A stretch of 64,000 nucleotides of DNA from a virus. Lineage: Duplodnaviria > Caudoviricetes. How positions within the stretch are numbered: position 1 is the stretch's first letter; every line of letters starts with the position of its first letter. The translations under genes were made by a program, and so were the position numbers. This document shows positions 1 through 4,290 of this stretch, one piece after another. Where the stretch lies: IMG/VR virus record IMGVR_UViG_3300032285_003957, positions 64,001-128,000 of that record. One strand, given 5' to 3'. Under the pieces are notes generated by a model. The model saw nothing but the letters and a program-made list of their open reading frames with translations, searched no databases and was not told the origin of the DNA.

Positions 1-310
1 TTTCAAGTGTTCGATATTTTTCATCGCTTAAAAATACGTTTAGGCTATCACAATCAACATATGTAACATCAGTTTTTAATTCCTTAATTAATTTAAAACT
101 AAAAAAGAATTTATCAAAATAGCTGAATATTTTTTTTTCGTATTGATATGTTGTGCAACCAACCCCTTCAAATTCTTGAGGTGTGTCTGTTAATATTCTA
201 ACATCAAAATTGAATTCATTAACTAAACGCTTAACATTATCAATGCATTGACTTGCATATGATAAACCGTCATCGTCCACACCGACACATATTAATGCTA
301 ATACTTTCAT
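1..310 (-). CDS. Partial GT-A-like protein, paralog of the adjacent 313..1053 gene (runs off the window)
   Basis: Manual translation MKVLALICVGVDDDGLSYASQCIDNVKRL...KIFSYFDKFFFSFKLIKELKTDVTYVDCD closely matches the neighbour; has a DxD-like DCD motif. Confidence 0.6.
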   Translation of the reverse strand, partial: MKVLALICVGVDDDGLSYASQCIDNVKRLVNEFNFDVRILTDTPQEFEGVGCTTYQYEKKIFSYFDKFFFSFKLIKELKTDVTYVDCDSLNVFLSDEKYRTLE

Positions 311-312
311 GT

Positions 313-1053
313 TTAAATCAATGTTTTACTTTTGTCTTGGAATATGACGTCATATCTTTCTCTAAATAACATTTGATCCTCAAGTTTTTCTTTACCAATA
401 TTATTAACATCTAAAGCGTATGAAAGAGCTAAACCTTCACCATGTCCAAATATTAATCGGTTATTTAAATTTATAGAATACAACGACATATATTCAAACA
501 CAGGTTTTATTTTTTCCAATTCATATTGAACATTATCGTAGTCCAAACCAACGGGAAAATACAATAAACGTTCGTGCATTGTCTCTAACTTAGATATATC
601 ATATTTTTCCATTTCAAAAAATTCCAATAACGGATGTGACCAAATATCAAACTTAAAATCTTTTAAAAATTGATATGTCACCCATTCTTTGCTATTTTTA
701 ACGGACCAATATGTTAAATATAACACCTTATTTTGACTTTCTAAATTTCTAAATTTTTCAATTTTAAGTAAATAATCGATACAATCACAATCAATGTAAG
801 TTACCGATTTATTTAACTCCTTAATTAACTTAAATGAAAAAAAGAACTTATCAAAGTAGCTGAATATTTTCTTATCGTATTTGTAAATTGAACATCCAAG
901 ACCTTCAAATTCTTTTGGTGTGTCAGTTAATAATCTAACATCGAAACCAAAAACATCAATCAATTGCTTTACATTCTCAACACATTGGGTGTAGTATGGA
1001 ACACCTTTGTAATCATTCCCAACAGATATAATTGCAACTGTTTTCATCTTCAT
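313..1053 (-). CDS. Hypothetical protein, possible GT-A glycosyltransferase
   Basis: ORF track; start moved to the ATG at 1053 because the track start lies inside tRNA-Glu; YIDCD motif. Confidence 0.6.
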   Translation of the reverse strand: MKMKTVAIISVGNDYKGVPYYTQCVENVKQLIDVFGFDVRLLTDTPKEFEGLGCSIYKYDKKIFSYFDKFFFSFKLIKELNKSVTYIDCDCIDYLLKIEKFRNLESQNKVLYLTYWSVKNSKEWVTYQFLKDFKFDIWSHPLLEFFEMEKYDISKLETMHERLLYFPVGLDYDNVQYELEKIKPVFEYMSLYSINLNNRLIFGHGEGLALSYALDVNNIGKEKLEDQMLFRERYDVIFQDKSKTLI

Positions 1054-1056
1054 ATG

Positions 1057-1128
1057 TACTCCCAACGGGATTCGAACCCGTGACTCATCCGTGAAAGGGA
1101 CGTGACTTAACCGCTTGTCGATGGGAGC
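1057..1128 (-). tRNA. trnE: tRNA-Glu(TTC)
   Basis: Cloverleaf GCTCCCA/TGGGAGT, anticodon arm CGTCC-CT TTC AC-GGATG, GGTTCGAATCC T-arm. Confidence 0.93.
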
Positions 1129-1142
1129 GTTTCGGGACGAGT

Positions 1143-1330
1143 CAGGTTAACTCTTGTGTCCCTACTTAATAGTTGTGTTTAGAGGGAAGTCCAAAACACG
1201 GTATTCACCAAAAGGGACTTTACTTTCGATTATCGCTGAAACTTTTAACTACGCTCAATGTATCTTTTAATTTGTTTCGTTTAACGTCCAAACAAATGTC
1301 CCAGTTGAGCGGGACAAAAAAGACGACCTG
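1143..1330 (-). ncRNA. Candidate structured ncRNA with two predicted pseudoknots
   Basis: Several 5-7 bp complementary segments in crossing topology; no credible same-strand ORF; fills the spacer between two tRNA-like units. Confidence 0.45.
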
Positions 1331-1461
1331 TGGGTTAGGAGTGGGAATCGAACCCATAACGATGCGTAATCTTCTACTTCAACTCCTTGTACTTCAGAGT
1401 CCGTCACCGCGTCCCGTATGTAGCCTCCATACGGTGCATCTTCCATTTCTGCTACCTACCC
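1331..1461 (-). ncRNA. Giant tRNA-like RNA A (131 nt)
   Basis: Acceptor GGGTAGG/CCTAACCC, Leu-type D arm GCAGAAATGGAAGATGC, 7-bp stem CCGTATG/CATACGG, about 60-nt variable region, T-arm TGGG-TTCGATT-CCCA. Confidence 0.65.
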
Positions 1462-1468
1462 AAATTTG

Positions 1469-1609
1469 CAATCAAGATAGGATTTGAACCTATAAGCCGT
1501 TTTCGTGTTCTTCCATTCCACTCAACGACATACCTATGTGATCCTGCGGGAAGAAATCGTCCATCTTGCGATGCCTACATAGGTGTGTATCACACTACAC
1601 TTCTTGATT
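1469..1609 (-). ncRNA. Giant tRNA-like RNA B (141 nt)
   Basis: Acceptor AATCAAG/CTTGATT, D stem GTGT/ACAC, 8-bp ACCTATGT/ACATAGGT enclosing 37 nt, long variable arm, T-arm ATAGG-TTCAAAT-CCTAT. Confidence 0.7.
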
Positions 1610-1613
1610 GTTG

Positions 1614-1701
1614 CGGAGAGAGTAGGATTCGAACCCACGGACCCCTTTCGAGATCTTCAGTTTTCAAGACTGACGCAATCGGCCAACTCTGCCATCTCTC
1701 C
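1614..1701 (-). tRNA. trnS: tRNA-Ser(TGA)
   Basis: GGAGAGA acceptor, TCAGT-CT TGA AA-ACTGA, long variable arm, G73. Confidence 0.95.
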
Positions 1702-1922
1702 AAATTCCCCACATTGAGATTACTTGTGAGTAGTTATTTCGGTTTTCTATTTCTTAAAAACCTGTGAGGCATCCCTCATTAAAACATCCGACCTAATACT
1801 TGGGGGAGAGTAGGTTCACAATCCTTATTCCCAACGAGTAGTTCTTAAGATGACACTACTAACGTCTAATCCATTGTTAAATGAGTCTTGGATCAAAGAC
1901 TGCTGAGTATCTCTTACTCATT
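1702..1922 (-). ncRNA. Candidate multi-hairpin ncRNA between tRNA-Asp and tRNA-Ser
   Basis: At least six short hairpins (TGAGTA/TACTCA, AGTCTT/AAGACT, AGTAGT/ACTACT, TGAGG/CCTCA, GGTTTT/AAAACC and others); no ORF. Confidence 0.4.
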
Positions 1923-1923
1923 G

Positions 1924-1997
1924 CGGAACGGACGAGACTCGAACTCGCGACCCCTACAGTGACAGTGTAGTATTCTAACCAACTGAACTACCGCTCC
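1924..1997 (-). tRNA. trnD: tRNA-Asp(GTC)
   Basis: GGAGCGG/CCGTTCC, CTACA-CT GTC AC-TGTAG, G73. Confidence 0.95.
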
Positions 1998-2083
1998 GTG
2001 TTTGATTCTAACTCACCTTAAATTGCACCATCCGAGTCACTGCTCTGGTTGACAAAGTCCTCGTTGAGTTAGTCTCAAAATTT

Positions 2084-2203
2084 TTACTTTTTTCTACGCT
2101 GTCTTAAAGCTGAACCTGCAACAGATTTGTAAGCTTTTGTTGTTTTCTTACTTCTCAATGCGCTACTTGCTTTCTTAGCAACTCTTCTTGACGTTCTTGC
2201 CAT
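2084..2203 (-). CDS. 39-aa highly basic peptide MARTSRRVAKKASSALRSKKTTKAYKSVAGSALRQRRKK (not in ORF track)
   Basis: Manual translation ATG to TAA with A-rich upstream context, directly after tRNA-fMet. Confidence 0.6.
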   Translation of the reverse strand: MARTSRRVAKKASSALRSKKTTKAYKSVAGSALRQRRKK

Positions 2204-2218
2204 AGTTAAAAGTTTTAG

Positions 2219-2290
2219 TTGCGAGAGAGGGAATCGAACCCCCGACCTAAAGGTTATGAGCCTTCCGAGCTACCGCTGCTCTATCTCGCG
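2219..2290 (-). tRNA. tRNA-Met(CAT), initiator-like (C1:A72 mismatch)
   Basis: CGCGAGA/TCTCGCA, GAAGG-CT CAT AA-CCTTT. Confidence 0.88.
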
Positions 2291-2302
2291 ATGTTTGTTT
2301 CA

Positions 2303-2332
2303 CAAAGATAAGAAATATTAATGATATACAAA
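2303..2332 (-). promoter_or_regulatory. Bacteroidota-type sigma70 promoter, internal to the array, upstream of the initiator-like tRNA
   Basis: TTTG-N18-TATCTTTG on the minus strand, matching the established -33/-7 consensus. Confidence 0.65.
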
Positions 2333-2352
2333 AATATTTCAAATCTTTTTTG

Positions 2353-2420
2353 TTGCGGGGCCAGGAGTCGAACCTGGAACACTCGGCTTATGAGGCCGGT
2401 GGGAAACCATTCTCCCCGCA
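2353..2420 (-). tRNA. tRNA(CAT) with shortened D arm (68 nt)
   Basis: TGCGGGG/CCCCGCA, CCGGC-CT CAT AA-GCCGA, canonical T-arm, D arm reduced to TGG-TTTC-CCA. Confidence 0.75.
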
Positions 2421-2425
2421 ATGTG

Positions 2426-2497
2426 GGTGTATGGACGGTATCGAACCGTCTTCCCGAGCTCCACAAACTCGTGCTTCACCTTAAAGCTTCAAACACC
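2426..2497 (-). tRNA. trnH: tRNA-His(GTG)
   Basis: G-1:C73 eight-pair acceptor, CGAGT-TT GTG GA-GCTCG. Confidence 0.9.
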
Positions 2498-2562
2498 GTG
2501 TGTGGAATCGAACCACTTTCCCATCTCCACGACAGGCGATACGTCCATTATCCTTTACCGGG
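2496..2562 (-). pseudogene. Degenerate tRNA-like remnant abutting tRNA-His
   Basis: T-arm GTGG-TTCGATT-CCAC and D-like GATA/TATC are present; acceptor and anticodon stems pair poorly. Confidence 0.4.
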
Positions 2563-2564
2563 TG

Positions 2565-2635
2565 AGTCAAGTACTGGAGTCGAACCAATCTAAAAAGTTT
2601 TGCAGACTTTCACCTAACCGCTCGGCCAACCTGAC
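2565..2635 (-). tRNA. trnC: tRNA-Cys(GCA)
   Basis: GTCAGGT/ACTTGAC, U73, AAAGT-CT GCA AA-ACTTT. Confidence 0.92.
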
Positions 2636-2639
2636 TTGT

Positions 2640-2694
2640 TTGTTCACTTTTTTCATCTGTTCACGGTCCGTGAACAATCAAATTTTGTGAACAG
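2640..2694. repeat. Symmetric element of four TGTTCAC/GTGAACA half-sites
   Basis: Heptamers at 2641, 2658, 2670 and 2687, with a dyad centre at 2667. Confidence 0.8.
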
Positions 2695-2766
2695 AGGTCT
2701 CTAAAGGATTTGAACCTTTACTAAAACATTCGTAGTGTTTCGTGCTATCCGTTACACCAAGAGACC
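2695..2766 (-). tRNA. trnR: tRNA-Arg(ACG)
   Basis: GGTCTCT/AGAGACC, AAACA-CT ACG AA-TGTTT. Confidence 0.93.
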
Positions 2767-2769
2767 TAT

Positions 2770-2958
2770 TTACTTCCATTGAGTCTTCCTTTGTTTTTTC
2801 CACGTTCTAAATTCTCTCCATTTGTGATTTGGTAGGTTACCATGATTAAAATTCCAACCATAATCCCAATCAAGTTCATATTTGTCCGGTGCTGTAACAA
2901 TTTTATACTCTTTGTTATGAGTGGTTTTTTGGCTTACCCTGCCTTTTACTGGTTTCAT
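2770..2958 (-). CDS. Small basic protein ending WKKQRKTQWK (paralog 1)
   Basis: ORF track; C-terminus shared with 3001..3174. Confidence 0.7.
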   Translation of the reverse strand: MKPVKGRVSQKTTHNKEYKIVTAPDKYELDWDYGWNFNHGNLPNHKWREFRTWKKQRKTQWK

Positions 2959-2972
2959 GCTATTAGGTTTAC

Positions 2973-2999
2973 CTAATGCATATCAAATTCTTTTTTCAT
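2973..2999 (-). CDS. 8-aa uORF MKKEFDMH (copy 1), stop codon inside hairpin ATTAGG-TAAA-CCTAAT
   Basis: ATG AAA AAA GAA TTT GAT ATG CAT TAG, starting 1 nt after the upstream stop. Confidence 0.6.
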   Translation of the reverse strand: MKKEFDMH

Positions 3000-3000
3000 T

Positions 3001-3174
3001 TTATTTCCATTTAGTTTTTCTGTGTTGTTTCCAACACTTATCAATTTTTTTTCTTGAACGATTGCAACCTTTATTAGGTCCACAGATAGGACAAGATAAT
3101 TCTCTACTCAACCAAACACGTTTAAATGTTTTACGGTCCGTAATTGTTTTGATGTTTCTTCTTGCTTTTGACAT
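3001..3174 (-). CDS. 57-aa Cys-containing basic protein ending WKQHRKTKWK (paralog 2, not in ORF track)
   Basis: Manual translation MSKARRNIKTITDRKTFKRVWLSRELSCPICGPNKGCNRSRKKIDKCWKQHRKTKWK. Confidence 0.72.
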   Translation of the reverse strand: MSKARRNIKTITDRKTFKRVWLSRELSCPICGPNKGCNRSRKKIDKCWKQHRKTKWK

Positions 3175-3190
3175 ATGATTAGGATTTTAC

Positions 3191-3217
3191 CTAATGCATG
3201 TCGAATTCTTTTTTCAT
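3191..3217 (-). CDS. 8-aa uORF MKKEFDMH (copy 2), stop codon inside hairpin ATTAGG-TAAAAT-CCTAAT
   Basis: ATG AAA AAA GAA TTC GAC ATG CAT TAG, starting 2 nt after the upstream stop. Confidence 0.6.
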   Translation of the reverse strand: MKKEFDMH

Positions 3218-3219
3218 GG

Positions 3220-3462
3220 TTACTTATATTTTCTTATTGTTTTAAAAACTTTTGTTATATCGGTCAATTCCATTACTTGGTCGTTTCTAATTGGATAAAA
3301 TGCAATTGTAAAACCGTGGTTTCCAAGATAGAAATCTTCCTTCATTATTCTATTGCCATTTACCTTTTCAAGATATATCCAAGGATAGTTACCAACCAAT
3401 TCAACGTTGATTCCTATCTTCTTTAATCTTGGGACTAACCTGTTTATTACGTTGTCTTCCAT
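3220..3462 (-). CDS. Hypothetical protein (80 aa, MEDNVINRL...)
   Basis: ORF track, trimmed to the ATG at 3462 because the longer start overlaps tRNA-Trp. Confidence 0.65.
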   Translation of the reverse strand: MEDNVINRLVPRLKKIGINVELVGNYPWIYLEKVNGNRIMKEDFYLGNHGFTIAFYPIRNDQVMELTDITKVFKTIRKYK

Positions 3463-3476
3463 AACTTTATTTTTAG

Positions 3477-3547
3477 CACGGGTGGAGAGATTCGAACTCC
3501 CATCGATGGTTTTGGAGACCATAATTCTGCCGTTGAACTACACCCGC
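3477..3547 (-). tRNA. trnW: tRNA-Trp(CCA)
   Basis: GCGGGTG/CACCCGT, ATGGT-CT CCA AA-ACCAT, G73. Confidence 0.94.
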
Positions 3548-3554
3548 GTATTTG

Positions 3555-3629
3555 TGACCCCTTTGGGACTCGAACCCAAAACCCACTGGTTAAAAGCCAG
3601 TTACTCTAATCCGATTGAGCTAAGAGGTC
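3555..3629 (-). tRNA. trnK: tRNA-Lys(TTT)
   Basis: GACCTCT/AGGGGTC, ACTGG-CT TTT AA-CCAGT. Confidence 0.95.
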
Positions 3630-3638
3630 TTACTCTTG

Positions 3639-3764
3639 TCACTTTCCATAGTTGTTGTTTTTAATTTGTTCAAATAACTTATTATGTCTTATCTTTTTAT
3701 CTTCTTGCATCTTCTTTATCAATGCAATAAAATCTTTGCTTGCTTTTACTTTAATCGTTTTCAT
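3639..3764 (-). CDS. 41-aa Lys-rich small ORF (MKTIKVKASKDFIALIKK...)
   Basis: Manual translation; fills the Phe-Lys tRNA spacer. Confidence 0.4.
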   Translation of the reverse strand: MKTIKVKASKDFIALIKKMQEDKKIRHNKLFEQIKNNNYGK

Positions 3765-3778
3765 AAAATACCTTTTAG

Positions 3779-3851
3779 TGGAAATGGTTGGTTTCGACCC
3801 AACTCCTGAAGATTTTCAGTCTTCCGCTTCTACCAAGTTAGCTTCATTTCC
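3779..3851 (-). tRNA. trnF: tRNA-Phe(GAA)
   Basis: GGAAATG/CATTTCC, GAAGA-CT GAA AA-TCTTC; T-loop starts with G. Confidence 0.92.
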
Positions 3852-3856
3852 TATTG

Positions 3857-3929
3857 TTCTTAGAGATGGGTTCGAACCATCAACCTTCCGCGTATCAGGC
3901 GGATGCTCTCACCATTGAGCTACCTAAGA
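3857..3929 (-). tRNA. trnI: tRNA-Ile(GAT)
   Basis: TCTTAGG/TCTAAGA, TCCGC-CT GAT AC-GCGGA. Confidence 0.93.
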
Positions 3930-3934
3930 ATATG

Positions 3935-4007
3935 TGGAGTAAGTGGAACTCGAATCCACAACCTCAAGAATGCAAATCTTGTGCTCATCCGCTAGAGCTT
4001 TTACCCC
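3935..4007 (-). tRNA. trnA: tRNA-Ala(TGC)
   Basis: GGGGTAA/TTACTCC with the G3:U70 Ala determinant, CAAGA-TT TGC AT-TCTTG. Confidence 0.93.
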
Positions 4008-4009
4008 AT

Positions 4010-4046
4010 AAAACAAAAAACCCCGAGATTTTTAAGTCTCAGGGTT
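4010..4046 (-). terminator. Intrinsic terminator (attenuator) immediately before the first tRNA
   Basis: 10-bp stem AACCCTGAGA/TCTCGGGGTT, 8-nt loop, then TTTTGTTTT. Confidence 0.8.
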
Positions 4047-4068
4047 CTTCAATATTGTTAGTTAAAAA

Positions 4069-4167
4069 TTACCAACCACTTGCTTCACTGAGACTATTGG
4101 ACATAGCACGCTCATCCGCCCATTTTGAACAGATAATAAACGACATTGTATGTTTTGTTTGTCTCAT
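4069..4167 (-). CDS. 32-aa leader peptide MRQTKHTMSFIICSKWADERAMSNSLSEASGW (not in ORF track)
   Basis: Manual translation; lies between promoter and terminator; contains the antiterminator arm AGTCTCAG. Confidence 0.7.
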   Translation of the reverse strand: MRQTKHTMSFIICSKWADERAMSNSLSEASGW

Positions 4168-4194
4168 CGAAGTTTTTTTTAATTTAATCTTTTA

Positions 4195-4226
4195 CAAAGA
4201 TAACAATAAGTATCCGAAAAAACAAG
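4195..4226 (-). promoter_or_regulatory. Bacteroidota-type promoter driving the leader and tRNA array
   Basis: CTTG-N20-TATCTTTG, about 30 nt upstream of the leader ATG. Confidence 0.7.
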
Positions 4227-4290
4227 AAAAGTTCAAAATATTTTTTTTCTTAAAATAGAATATAGAGATTGCCTAATGATATTTATCAGT

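Noticed and set aside
1143-1609. tmRNA (one- or two-piece) interpretation of the pseudoknotted RNA and giant tRNA-like elements
   Set aside because: No resume/tag frame ending in an ALAA-like peptide on the transcribed strand, the elements retain full D arms, and they are much shorter than tmRNA
2973-3217. Amber readthrough or stop-codon reassignment at the MKKEFDMH-TAG
   Set aside because: Downstream ATGs are in different frames (14 vs 16 nt), there is no suppressor tRNA, and all long genes are intact in code 11
3463-3522. N-terminal extension of the 3220..3522 ORF
   Set aside because: It lies within tRNA-Trp; the ATG at 3462 is preferred
1057-4007. tRNA array as a prophage attachment site or host chromosomal locus
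   Set aside because: No integrase, no duplicated tRNA 3' end, no rRNA or host housekeeping context; flanks are phage-like
1173-4258. Plus-strand ORFs over the tRNA array (1173, 1387, 2321, 2421, 2921, 3175, 3407, 3652, 3854) and the minus ORF 2281..2466
   Set aside because: They are antisense to, or overlap, clear tRNAs and small genes, and show no protein-like motifs
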